Source of the DNA: Bacteroidales bacterium UBA1800
GTDB taxonomy: Bacteria; Bacteroidota; Bacteroidia; Bacteroidales; VadinHA17
Length of the DNA: 64,000 nt
Assembly: GCA_002319915.1 (NCBI GenBank)
Contig: DCFQ01000038.1
Location: 3,370 to 67,369, forward strand
Direction: 5' to 3'
Shown here: piece by piece, positions 27,232 through 36,243 of the stretch
How the letters are laid out: each line of letters begins with the position of its first letter
Numbering within the stretch: the first letter of the stretch is position 1
The notes under the pieces: generated by a model
What the model was told of the DNA's origin: nothing
The model's database searches: none
Seen by the model: the letters and a program-made list of their open reading frames with translations, nothing else
Made by a program: the position numbers and the translations under genes

Positions 27232-28380
27232 ATGAGAAATATTTTCCTGCATATTCCACAGGAGGGCCCGGCAATTAAGGATCAGGTTCTGGCAACGGTG
27301 GTGCGGACAGAGGGATCCACTCCGCAGAAAGCAGGGAGTTCGGCTTTGTTCGGTTCATCGGGTCTCAGGCACGGGACAGTGGGGGGAGGCATTCTGGAAG
27401 GCAAGGTTACGGAAATTGCCTCCAGATCGGTCAAGGCAAAGAAATCAGGATTGTACAGGTTTACGCTGGACAACAATTCACCCGACGGTGAGGATGCACT
27501 TTGTGGAGGCGCGGTGACGGTACTCATAGATGCAGATCCGGGAAGGCACAATTCCGTATTTCAGGATGCAGGCAAATCAATCACTGCCAGGATCCCGGGA
27601 GTATTGGTCACGATTGTCTCGAATATCTATGATGAATCGGTTGTGATTAAAAGGTTGTGGTCAGGAACTATGGAGCGTGACCCCCTGGCTGCATCGATCA
27701 TGGAAGTTACAGGCCCGGTGATTGAGGGGATGCTGAAGAATCCTGACCCACATGAATTCCGGGAATCAGAATTTGTCCTCCCCGGTGAGGAGACTGCCTC
27801 GATGTTCTATTTTCAATCGGTGATACCTCCGCCGCATGTGATTATTGCAGGCGCCGGGCATATCGGGAAAGCCCTCATGCCGATCGTGCAAATGCTCGGG
27901 TTTGAGATCACTGTCATCGACAACCGCAAGGAATTTGCCAATCCGGGCAACCTACCGGCAGCCGATCATATACTGGTGGGGGATGTCGGCAAAGCTTTGT
28001 CTATGATCGGGAAGCAGTCGGATTGTTTTATCGTTATTGTCACCCGCGGGCACAAGGACGATGCTGGAGCGCTCAGGGCGTGCATCGGGTCGGAGGCTGC
28101 TTATATCGGGATGATTGGAAGCAAGAACAAGGTCGCTCTCATGAAAAAGGAGTTCATCTCGAATAAATGGGCCACGCCGGAGCAATGGAACAGGATCTTT
28201 GCTCCGATCGGCATCGATATAAATTCGAAAACGGTCGAGGAGATTGCCGTGAGCATATCCGCGCAGTTGGTCATGGTCAGGAACATGGCACGTTCTGCCG
28301 CTGAGGATCACGGGGAACCTGCCGGGATAAAATCGCGCACATCTCCGGCTGTCGAACGAAGAGGGAAAAAGAGGAAATGA
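27232..28380 (+). CDS. XdhC-family molybdoenzyme maturation factor
   Basis: 382 aa with an N-terminal XdhC_CoxI-like region (ATVVRTEGSTPQKAGS) and a C-terminal Rossmann-like region (IIAGAGHIG). It is the first gene of a molybdoenzyme operon. Confidence 0.8.
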   Translation: MRNIFLHIPQEGPAIKDQVLATVVRTEGSTPQKAGSSALFGSSGLRHGTVGGGILEGKVTEIASRSVKAKKSGLYRFTLDNNSPDGEDALCGGAVTVLIDADPGRHNSVFQDAGKSITARIPGVLVTIVSNIYDESVVIKRLWSGTMERDPLAASIMEVTGPVIEGMLKNPDPHEFRESEFVLPGEETASMFYFQSVIPPPHVIIAGAGHIGKALMPIVQMLGFEITVIDNRKEFANPGNLPAADHILVGDVGKALSMIGKQSDCFIVIVTRGHKDDAGALRACIGSEAAYIGMIGSKNKVALMKKEFISNKWATPEQWNRIFAPIGIDINSKTVEEIAVSISAQLVMVRNMARSAAEDHGEPAGIKSRTSPAVERRGKKRK

Positions 28381-28970
28381 ATGAGATATGGGCCATAGTG
28401 CTGGCAGCTGGTGAATCCAAAAGGATGAAGGTCCCCAAAATGCTTCTTCCATTCGGCCGTGAGACCATGATAGAAAAGGTCATACTTAATATTGCCGGTT
28501 CGAAGGCAGACAGGACCCTCCTGGTGCTGGGCTCCTACAGGGATGAGATAAGGGCCGTAACGGCCAGTTATCCCATACTGACCTGTTACAATGAAAATTA
28601 CAGGAACGGGATGTACTCCTCAGTCAGGTGCGGTTTTGAAAACCTCCCTGAAAGCGTTGGGGCAGTAATGGTTTTTCCGGGCGATCAGCCGTTCATTGGG
28701 CCCGGGGTGATAAACAAGGTGATCGACGCATACAGGAGATCGGGTAAAGGGATAGTCATGCCTGTCTACAAGAAAAGACGGGGCCACCCCCTGCTCCTCG
28801 ACTGCAAATACAGGAACCTGGTTATCGGCTCCGAACCAGCGGATGGTTTACGGAACCTGGCGCATGAGTTCCCTGGCGACGTCCTTGAAGTGAGGGCAAA
28901 TGCACCGGAGATACTCATGGATTTCAATACGAAAGAAGATTATCTGAATGCAATAAATCAAAACAGTTAA
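28377..28970 (+). CDS. mocA: molybdenum cofactor cytidylyltransferase (MocA-like nucleotidyltransferase)
   Basis: 197 aa with an N-terminal AIVLAAGESKRM motif. An ATGA overlap links it to xdhC. Confidence 0.75.
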   Translation: MNEIWAIVLAAGESKRMKVPKMLLPFGRETMIEKVILNIAGSKADRTLLVLGSYRDEIRAVTASYPILTCYNENYRNGMYSSVRCGFENLPESVGAVMVFPGDQPFIGPGVINKVIDAYRRSGKGIVMPVYKKRRGHPLLLDCKYRNLVIGSEPADGLRNLAHEFPGDVLEVRANAPEILMDFNTKEDYLNAINQNS

Positions 28971-28972
28971 AC

Positions 28973-29449
28973 ATGGAACAGAAAATCAGTTTTACCCTTA
29001 ACGGTAAAAAAACAGAAATCCAGGTTGATCCCGCCGCGACCCTGCTATGGGTCCTGCGGAACAAGCTAGGGCTGACGGGCACAAAGTTCGGCTGCGGGAC
29101 CGGGTTCTGCGGCGCATGTACTGTGCTGATAAACAAGGAGGCTGTCAGATCGTGCCAGCTTTCCGTAAGCGATGTTGCGGGGAAGGAGATCATTACCATC
29201 GAAGGTCTTGGCCGCAACGGGAAACTCCATCCGGTGCAGCAGGCATTTGTTGACCACGAGGCCCTGCAATGCGGATATTGCACCCCCGGCATGATCATGA
29301 CGGCCACGGGGCTTCTTTTAAGCAATCCCTCACCGACGCGCCAGGAGATCATCGACGGTCTCGACGGTAATCTCTGCCGTTGCGGTGCACACGTGAGAAT
29401 TGTTGATGCCGTTGAAACTGCTGCCAAATCAATGAAAGGAGGGAAGTAA
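28973..29449 (+). CDS. [2Fe-2S]-binding small subunit of a xanthine dehydrogenase-family oxidoreductase
   Basis: 158 aa with two cluster motifs, CGTGFCGACTV and CGYCTPG ... CRCG. No signal peptide is visible. Confidence 0.95.
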   Translation: MEQKISFTLNGKKTEIQVDPAATLLWVLRNKLGLTGTKFGCGTGFCGACTVLINKEAVRSCQLSVSDVAGKEIITIEGLGRNGKLHPVQQAFVDHEALQCGYCTPGMIMTATGLLLSNPSPTRQEIIDGLDGNLCRCGAHVRIVDAVETAAKSMKGGK

Positions 29450-29451
29450 AA

Positions 29452-31605
29452 ATGAAAAATCCTGATTTAAGCAACCCTAGTCCTGCAAATCCGCTGGAAA
29501 AGAGCGGTCTCAAGAGAAGAAGTTTCATCAAGCTGCTCGGAGGCGGGATCTTTATATTCTTCCAGCCCTGGAACCCTGCCGATCTGCTCAGCCTTCCGGC
29601 TGACCAGCGCAGAAGCCTTACAAAGGAATACAATGCATTCCTTCAGATCGCCGAGGATGGCACTATCAAGTGCTTCACGGGGAAGATCGAGATGGGACAG
29701 GGAATTATAACCTCACTGGCGATGATGATGGCAGAAGAGCTGAATGTTCCGTATGAAAGAATATCCATGGTAATGGGTGATACAGACCTGTGTCCTTATG
29801 ACGCGGGAACCTGGGGATCCCAGTCTGTGCAGACTTTCGGACCGGCAATGATGGCCGCTGCTGCAGAGGCCAGGGCCGTACTGACCGACCTCGCATCTGC
29901 CAGGCTTGGCGTTCCGGTAACTGAAATGGATGTTAAGGATGGCGTGGTTTTCGACACCAAGAATCCCGCCAAAAAGATCAGTTACGGTCAGCTGGCAAAA
30001 GGCAAAAAGATCGAGAAGCGCGTCGATGTCACCCCGAAGCTTGAGGATTATACAAAGTTCACGATTGTCGGCAAACCCATGATGCGGAAGGATTCCCGCC
30101 TTAAAGTGACTGGCGAAGCAAAATACGCAGGTGACCTCAGGCTTCCCGGAATGGTTTATGCACGAATCCTGAGGCCCCAGTCGCACGGCGCAAAGCTGAA
30201 ATCGGCAGATGTATCCGGCGCGGAAAAGATACCTGGTATCCAGGTCGTCAGGGATGGTGATTTCATTGCCGTTCTGAGTGAAGACCGCGATACCGTCGAC
30301 CAGGCCGTTGTCAGGATTAAAGCGGAGTACACTTTTGACGAGCTCCCGGTCAACGACACGAATTTGTACGACAGGATGGTCGGTGCAAATTCGAGAGTTG
30401 AAGTGGCAGAATCGCTTGGTGACATGGAGGCCGGGGCAAAAGCTTCCGACAAGATATTTGAGTCTGAGTTCCATGATCCATATCTTGCTCATGCTGCTAT
30501 CGAAACCCATACTGCCCTTGCGAACCTGGAAGGTGACAAGATGACGGTATGGGCATCGACTCAATCGCCTTTCGGCCTGCAGGACAGTATTGTAAGGGAG
30601 CTTGGGTTCCCGGTTAATAAAGTCAGGGTAATAACGCCCTTCGTCGGAGGTGGGTTCGGAGGGAAAGCTCCTCACCAGCAGGGAGTTGAAGCAGCACGGC
30701 TGGCAAAGCTTGTGAAGAAGCCGGTGATGGTTGTATGGTCCCGTGAGGAGGAGTTTTTCTATGATACTTTCCGTCCTGCCGCAGTTGTAAGGGTCCGTTC
30801 AGGGATTGACAAGGCACGGATGATAAAGCTGTGGGATTACAGGTTGTTCTATGGCGGCTCGAGAGGATCTGATGCGATCTATGATGTTCCGAATGTTAAA
30901 AGGACCTTTTTCGAACAGAACATGGATTCAGCTCCCATACATCCATTCGGAACAGGAGCATGGAGGGCCCCCAGCAACAATACTAACACCTGGGCCCGCG
31001 AGACACAGATCGATATAATGGCATCAGCAGCGGGGATAGATCCCCTGGAATTCCGGCTTAAGAACCTGAAGGACGAAAGGATGATCGCCTGCCTGAAAGC
31101 CGCAGCCGACAAATTCGGGTATGTCCCGGCTAAATCACCAGGCGGCAGAGGCATCGGGGTTGCCTGCGGAACGGATGCCGGGTCATGGGTTGCCCTGATC
31201 GCAGAGCTCAGGGTAGATAAAAGCACCGGCCACGTACAGGTAATCAGGGTTGCATGTGCCCAGGACATGGGACTTAGCGTAAATCCACAGGGATCCCTGC
31301 TTCAGATCGAGGGCTGCATCATCATGTCGCTTGGCTATGCACTGGGAGAGGAGGTAATGTTTGAAGGAGGCAATGTCAGGACAAGGGGATTCGACAGTTA
31401 CCTGATCCCGCATTTTTCATGGGTCCCGAAGATCGACGCTGTGATTCTCGACAGGAAGGACAAGCCCCCGAAGGGTGGCGGCGAACCTGCCATAATCACG
31501 ATGGGCGCCCTTGTGTCGAACGGCATTTTTGATGCCACAGGCGCCCGGTTGTTCCGGATGCCCATGACACCGGAAAGGGTGCTGGAGGCTTTGAAAATGG
31601 TTTAG
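29452..31605 (+). CDS. molybdopterin-binding large subunit of an aldehyde/isoquinoline oxidoreductase-type enzyme, with Tat signal
   Basis: 717 aa with an N-terminal twin-arginine motif (KRRSFIKLLGGG) and a xanthine dehydrogenase family a/b-hammerhead and Moco-binding layout (GGGFGGK). Confidence 0.9.
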   Translation: MKNPDLSNPSPANPLEKSGLKRRSFIKLLGGGIFIFFQPWNPADLLSLPADQRRSLTKEYNAFLQIAEDGTIKCFTGKIEMGQGIITSLAMMMAEELNVPYERISMVMGDTDLCPYDAGTWGSQSVQTFGPAMMAAAAEARAVLTDLASARLGVPVTEMDVKDGVVFDTKNPAKKISYGQLAKGKKIEKRVDVTPKLEDYTKFTIVGKPMMRKDSRLKVTGEAKYAGDLRLPGMVYARILRPQSHGAKLKSADVSGAEKIPGIQVVRDGDFIAVLSEDRDTVDQAVVRIKAEYTFDELPVNDTNLYDRMVGANSRVEVAESLGDMEAGAKASDKIFESEFHDPYLAHAAIETHTALANLEGDKMTVWASTQSPFGLQDSIVRELGFPVNKVRVITPFVGGGFGGKAPHQQGVEAARLAKLVKKPVMVVWSREEEFFYDTFRPAAVVRVRSGIDKARMIKLWDYRLFYGGSRGSDAIYDVPNVKRTFFEQNMDSAPIHPFGTGAWRAPSNNTNTWARETQIDIMASAAGIDPLEFRLKNLKDERMIACLKAAADKFGYVPAKSPGGRGIGVACGTDAGSWVALIAELRVDKSTGHVQVIRVACAQDMGLSVNPQGSLLQIEGCIIMSLGYALGEEVMFEGGNVRTRGFDSYLIPHFSWVPKIDAVILDRKDKPPKGGGEPAIITMGALVSNGIFDATGARLFRMPMTPERVLEALKMV

Positions 31606-31705
31606 TTTAATCTGTTGTACCGATAGGGAAAAGTTTTTTTCAACCTTTGCCGGGAATAATTGTCTGTTATGTTATGTCAATAAATTCAAACAAACGGGAA
31701 TAATT

Positions 31706-32239
31706 ATGAAAACTAACTTTTTGAAACAGGTGGTTTCAGCTGCTACTATCCTGGCCTTCCTGGCCATACCGCTTACAACGAATGCACAGGGAACAAAGGC
31801 AAATTTCTCGGGCAGCTGGGCTTTTAACGCTGAAAAGAGCAACATGGGGCAGCCTCCGCAGGGACAGGGGCAGAGGATGGGTCCATTCGGCGGGGGAGAC
31901 TTCGTTGCAACACAGGATGCAAACATACTGACCGTGGAAAGGACCAGGACAAGTCCCGACGGCCAGACAATGAATGTAAAAAGCGTCTATAACCTTGACG
32001 GCAAGGAGAGCGTCAATACAACAGGAAGGGGTGAGTCCAGATCAGTAGCCACCTGGTCACCTGACGGGAAATCACTTACCATTGCGACCACTAGGAATAT
32101 TGACAGGGATGGTCAGAATATGGAGATCAAGTCGACTGAGGTGTGGACACTGACCGATCCAAAAACAATCACCGTCAATACAACCATGAACACTCCTAAC
32201 GGGGAGCGCAAAACCACAATGGTTTATAATAAGAAATAG
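31706..32239 (+). CDS. small exported hypothetical protein (beta-rich, lipocalin-like)
   Basis: 177 aa with a signal peptide. It shares GxW, LTxER and LDGKE blocks with the product of 45092-45580. Confidence 0.45.
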   Translation: MKTNFLKQVVSAATILAFLAIPLTTNAQGTKANFSGSWAFNAEKSNMGQPPQGQGQRMGPFGGGDFVATQDANILTVERTRTSPDGQTMNVKSVYNLDGKESVNTTGRGESRSVATWSPDGKSLTIATTRNIDRDGQNMEIKSTEVWTLTDPKTITVNTTMNTPNGERKTTMVYNKK

Positions 32240-32291
32240 GCCCTGGGGATTAAGGATCCTGTGAGGTTGGAGAAAAAGTTGAAACCAATAG

Positions 32292-32420
32292 ACCGCAAAG
32301 TTCGCAAAGTCCTGTCCCAATAAATGTCGGGGACAGCCCGGATTACACAAAGTACGCAAAGGATTAACTATAAGCAATTTGCCTTTGCGTTCTTTGCGCC
32401 TTCTTTGCGTTCTTTGCGGT
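32292..32420. repeat. GCAAAG/CTTTGCG word-repeat palindromic element
   Basis: The left arm is ACCGCAAAGTTCGCAAAG. The right arm is CTTTGCGTTCTTTGCGCCTTCTTTGCGTTCTTTGCGGT, an inverted orientation of the same word. An internal hairpin pairs CTGTCCC (32312-32318) with GGGACAG (32330-32336). An internal TTACACAAAG module is also present. Confidence 0.85.
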
Positions 32421-32483
32421 TAAAAAGTACTTTTCCTGCAGCCCTTAATTATCCCACAAGTGGTTCCGGGGTGTAAGGGAGGT

Positions 32484-33740
32484 TCAGCTGGGATCTGTCC
32501 CGACGACCCGGAATTTATCTGCATCTTCGGGTTTCATGAGATATACCATCTCACCCGGTTTTAATCCCTTGTTGACAACAATGCTCTTATCATTGGCTTC
32601 CCCGGTCACTATGAGCTGCCTCTTTTTCCTCCTGGTAAAGACATAAGGGTTGCCGTCAGTTCCGGCATAGATACATTCGTTCGGGACAAATACCACGTCT
32701 TTTAATGTCTTGATCACGATCTTGTTGGCTGTTGTCATGGATGGCCGCAGGACCGGGTCGGTGCCATCGAGCCTTACGAACACCTCGAAGACCTTGGTGT
32801 CGGTATTTGGCAGCTTCTCCCCGATGTTTGCGACCGATGCCACTTTCCCGGTATATTTCCTGTCGGGGAACGCGTCAATATTTATCACGACCTCCTGTCC
32901 CTTCCTGACTTTGCTGATATCAACCTCGCTTATATATATCCTTGACATAAGTGACGACAGGTCCGGGACGGTAGCAACTACCCTCTCGAACGGATTGACA
33001 TTTGAGCCTGTCTTGATTTTTGTCCCATGGTGGTCCTTTTTGTACATCACCATCCCGGAAGTAGGTGATTTTATGACAAATGCAGTGAGAAGGTTCTCCA
33101 GGTCAGTTACCCTTCTCTGGACCCTGTCGAGATTGACTTTCGTATTGGCAAGGTTCTTTACTGACTGGGCTCTTCTGAGAGCGTAGCTCCTCTTCAGCTG
33201 CTCGAGGGTCCTTCTCTGCTTGTCAACATTGATTTCCGCCTGCCTGATTGTCGTGGGAGGTTCATACTTCGAATTTGCAAGGGTCAGCTCAGCTTCAGTG
33301 ACCGTGTGTTCCTGGTTTTTAATGCCGTCCCTCAGGCCGGTCAGGAGCACCGCTGTATCGAGCTTCTGTGTTTCAAAATTGGTAGTGAAGGTCAGAAGCC
33401 TGTCCCTTTCATCCTTGAGGGTGTTGTCGAACTGGGTCCGATCGAGAGTGGCAATATAGTCGCCCTCATTTACGAGGGTACCCTCCGGAACCAGGTCGGT
33501 GATCTTAAGCTCGGCAGCGTGAAAGTCACGTCCGCGCGCTACTTCCGGTGCGAGGATGTCAACCGAGTTCTCGGCAAGAAGCTCACCGGCGGTCGATATC
33601 GAGATCTCAAAATCCCCCTTTGAAACCCTGACAAAGAGACTCTTTTCATCCTTCCTGGTTGTCAGCTTATTGAAGACGAACAATCCTGTTAACGTCCCGA
33701 CAACTACGATAAGGGAAATAATCAGATTTTTCCTAGTCAT
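32484..33740 (-). CDS. HlyD/MacA-type periplasmic adaptor (membrane fusion) protein
   Basis: 418 aa with an N-terminal TM anchor, coiled-coil middle and beta-barrel C-terminal pattern typical of efflux adaptor subunits. Confidence 0.75.
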   Translation of the reverse strand: MTRKNLIISLIVVVGTLTGLFVFNKLTTRKDEKSLFVRVSKGDFEISISTAGELLAENSVDILAPEVARGRDFHAAELKITDLVPEGTLVNEGDYIATLDRTQFDNTLKDERDRLLTFTTNFETQKLDTAVLLTGLRDGIKNQEHTVTEAELTLANSKYEPPTTIRQAEINVDKQRRTLEQLKRSYALRRAQSVKNLANTKVNLDRVQRRVTDLENLLTAFVIKSPTSGMVMYKKDHHGTKIKTGSNVNPFERVVATVPDLSSLMSRIYISEVDISKVRKGQEVVINIDAFPDRKYTGKVASVANIGEKLPNTDTKVFEVFVRLDGTDPVLRPSMTTANKIVIKTLKDVVFVPNECIYAGTDGNPYVFTRRKKRQLIVTGEANDKSIVVNKGLKPGEMVYLMKPEDADKFRVVGTDPS

Positions 33741-33925
33741 TTTCGGCCTTGTTTGGTTTAACCGTCACGGGACTAAGGTACAAAATTCAAAAACGGCGAA
33801 AAATCGGGTTCACATCCTTTAACAAGATTTAACAAATTAGCAGGTTAACGCACTTTGAGCAGGAATGCGGCATATGCCGGAAGAACCCGGAATAGCCGGT
33901 CAGCGGAACTGTGCAGCCTTCTCCT

Positions 33926-35035
33926 TCACTGCTGATCCCGCATTTCACCGGCTCTTTGCCTGAACAGCTTCATTTTTTTTGCTGAAATTCTGAGTATCCT
34001 CTGTACCTCCAGTCCATGATAAATATCCGGCACGACGGTTCCCGGATCTTTGCCTGTCAGGAAGATATAATGACTGTGGATCATCGACCTCAGCCAGCCA
34101 GGTGGTACGTGTCCTGACGGGAAGCTTGTAAACGGCCCATAATTGCTTCCAGTCACCTGCTTTTTCCATATCCCCTCCTCCTCAAGGTAGTATTCAAAAG
34201 AATCGGGAGCATGTGTCGAAAATCTTATGGCGCCTTTTTCGGCAAAAAGTTCAAAGGATATAAGATCACCCGTTCCGGAGCTTATCCGGCTGGATGAGAG
34301 AGTACCGGCTGCTTTTGTAACGGGATCATAAACGGTCATCATACTGAACAGGTCGGTATCAGGCTGTACATCAGGGAAATTACCGGACTGGACTGTATCG
34401 ACCACCTTTATCCCGCTACCGAGGAATGCAATGAGCAGGCTTATGATGTGTGAGCCGAGATCAGCCATGGCACCGCCATCCGGTGATGGTGTGAGCCTTG
34501 AAGCCCGCTTATCCCTGTAATCCTTCCGCAGGTAATCGCCGTGATAGTACTTCAGGTCGAAATGCACCGGCCTGCCCAGGATGCCTGATTGCCAGAGTGA
34601 AAGGGCTCTCATTATCTGCGAGGAGAACAGGTACTGAAATCCGACCTGGATCTTTTTATCGGGATGGCTGCGTGACAAACCGAGTATTTTCTTCTCTTCC
34701 TCCTCTGTTGAGCATACCGGTTTTTCCAGGTAGATCCTCGTCACTGACGGGAGTGCGATGGCGGCAGAAAAAAAATCGAAATGAACCTTATTCGGCCCCA
34801 GGATAAATATGGTATTGAGCCGTTCATTCTTTTTAAAGGAACCGGGATCCTCATGTGTGCTAAAACCATAGAGCCTTGCGAACCTTTCGCTGCTGCCGCT
34901 TTGAGAACAGACCGATCCGAACTCGGTTTCAGGCGCATCATCATAATAGAACTTCAATGAGTTCAGTGCAAATGCGTGTGCCCTGGCTATCCCCCCGGCC
35001 CCGGCAAATCCTATTACAATTCTCTCATTTTGCAT
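33926..35035 (-). CDS. Gfo/Idh/MocA family oxidoreductase
   Basis: 369 aa with an N-terminal Rossmann motif (IGFAGAGGIARAH) and a length typical of the family. Confidence 0.8.
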   Translation of the reverse strand: MQNERIVIGFAGAGGIARAHAFALNSLKFYYDDAPETEFGSVCSQSGSSERFARLYGFSTHEDPGSFKKNERLNTIFILGPNKVHFDFFSAAIALPSVTRIYLEKPVCSTEEEEKKILGLSRSHPDKKIQVGFQYLFSSQIMRALSLWQSGILGRPVHFDLKYYHGDYLRKDYRDKRASRLTPSPDGGAMADLGSHIISLLIAFLGSGIKVVDTVQSGNFPDVQPDTDLFSMMTVYDPVTKAAGTLSSSRISSGTGDLISFELFAEKGAIRFSTHAPDSFEYYLEEEGIWKKQVTGSNYGPFTSFPSGHVPPGWLRSMIHSHYIFLTGKDPGTVVPDIYHGLEVQRILRISAKKMKLFRQRAGEMRDQQ

Positions 35036-35157
35036 CTTCTGCCTGCATTTTCAAAGTCAATATCAAATGTAGTGATTTTCATAAAGAACTTCCCGCCCGG
35101 AGGATGCAAACCGGGAGCCTTAAGGAGAGTAAATTTCCGGGAATCAGCCGGTATTCT

Positions 35158-35379
35158 TCAGAATAACTTTCTTATGATCCTTATAATCAGGGTAAGCAAT
35201 ATGCTTATTATTATCATAGTGGTTATTGGAAAATAGAACCGGAAATGCTCTTTTTCAATTCTGATATCTCCCGGCAGATGGCCGATCCAGTTAAGCTTAT
35301 CGCCTGCAAACCAGATAATGAGCCCGGCAACAGCCAGAAGGATACCTGCGAGAACGAGCATTTTTCCGGTGTTTTCCAT
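35158..35379 (-). CDS. DUF2905-like small membrane protein
   Basis: 73 aa with two TM helices flanking a LPGDIRIEKE motif. Confidence 0.65.
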   Translation of the reverse strand: MENTGKMLVLAGILLAVAGLIIWFAGDKLNWIGHLPGDIRIEKEHFRFYFPITTMIIISILLTLIIRIIRKLF

Positions 35380-35565
35380 ATTTACTACGAGTCAATGTGT
35401 AAATTTACAATTTGCCGGCGGAACTGGCACCTTTTTTGCGATATCACTGGCTCCGATCCGGGGATGCCAGGCTCACGGCAATTGAGTGGCTGAAGGGCCC
35501 GACGGCGGATTTTGAACATTTTCAGGAAAAGGTTCGTTATATTCTGAGAAAATCAGGTTAGTCAC

Positions 35566-36243
35566 ATGAAACTACTAATCGTCGAGGATGAAAGATCTCT
35601 AAGCCGTGCAATATGCGAGTATCTGAAGGTTGAGGGGCACATTTGCGAAGAAGCCCACAATTACCATGAAGCAATAAAGAAAACTGCGGACAACACGTAC
35701 AACTGCCTGGTCCTTGATCTTGGCCTGCCTGATGGCAGCGGCCTCGATATCATCCGCGAACTAAAGAAGAACAAGGCGGCGGACAGGGTGCTGATACTTT
35801 CGGCCAGGAGCTCGCTTGAGGATAAGATCACGGGCCTGAAGATCGGCGCCGACGATTATCTGTCAAAGCCGTTTCACATGGCTGAGCTGAGCGCCAGGAT
35901 CAATTCGGTTTGCCGGAGGGATAATTTCAATGGCTTCAATGAGCTTTCATTTAATGAAATAAAGATAAGGACCGATGCCCAGGAGGTTCTTATCAACGAT
36001 AAACTGCTTAACCTGACCAGGAAAGAGTATGATCTTCTTGTTTTCTTTATGATCAACAAGGACCGCGTCATCACCAAGGAATCGATTGTCGAGCATCTCT
36101 GGGGTGACAATGTGATCCTTACGGATTCATTTGATTTCATCTACACTCATGTGAAAAACCTGAGAAAAAAGCTCTTGTCTTACAATTGCGGCAATTATAT
36201 AAAGGTGATTTACGGATTCGGTTATAAATTCAGCGAGCCTTGA
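35566..36243 (+). CDS. OmpR-family response regulator
   Basis: 225 aa with a receiver domain (LIVEDE, LVLDLGLPDGSG, KP) and a winged-helix C-terminal domain (LTRKEYDLL ... GFGYKF). Confidence 0.95.
   Translation: MKLLIVEDERSLSRAICEYLKVEGHICEEAHNYHEAIKKTADNTYNCLVLDLGLPDGSGLDIIRELKKNKAADRVLILSARSSLEDKITGLKIGADDYLSKPFHMAELSARINSVCRRDNFNGFNELSFNEIKIRTDAQEVLINDKLLNLTRKEYDLLVFFMINKDRVITKESIVEHLWGDNVILTDSFDFIYTHVKNLRKKLLSYNCGNYIKVIYGFGYKFSEP

Noticed and set aside
29713-30675. A 320-aa ORF on the minus strand, plus similar long antisense ORFs at 60535-61380, 19266-19847, 11292-11765, 59003-59569 and 49311-49916.
   Set aside because: Each lies entirely antisense within a well-supported gene with clear family motifs (Moco subunit, GH2, dnaN/exonuclease, surE). 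Their translations are low-complexity and Arg/Ser/Pro-rich, with no recognisable motifs. They are shadow ORFs.
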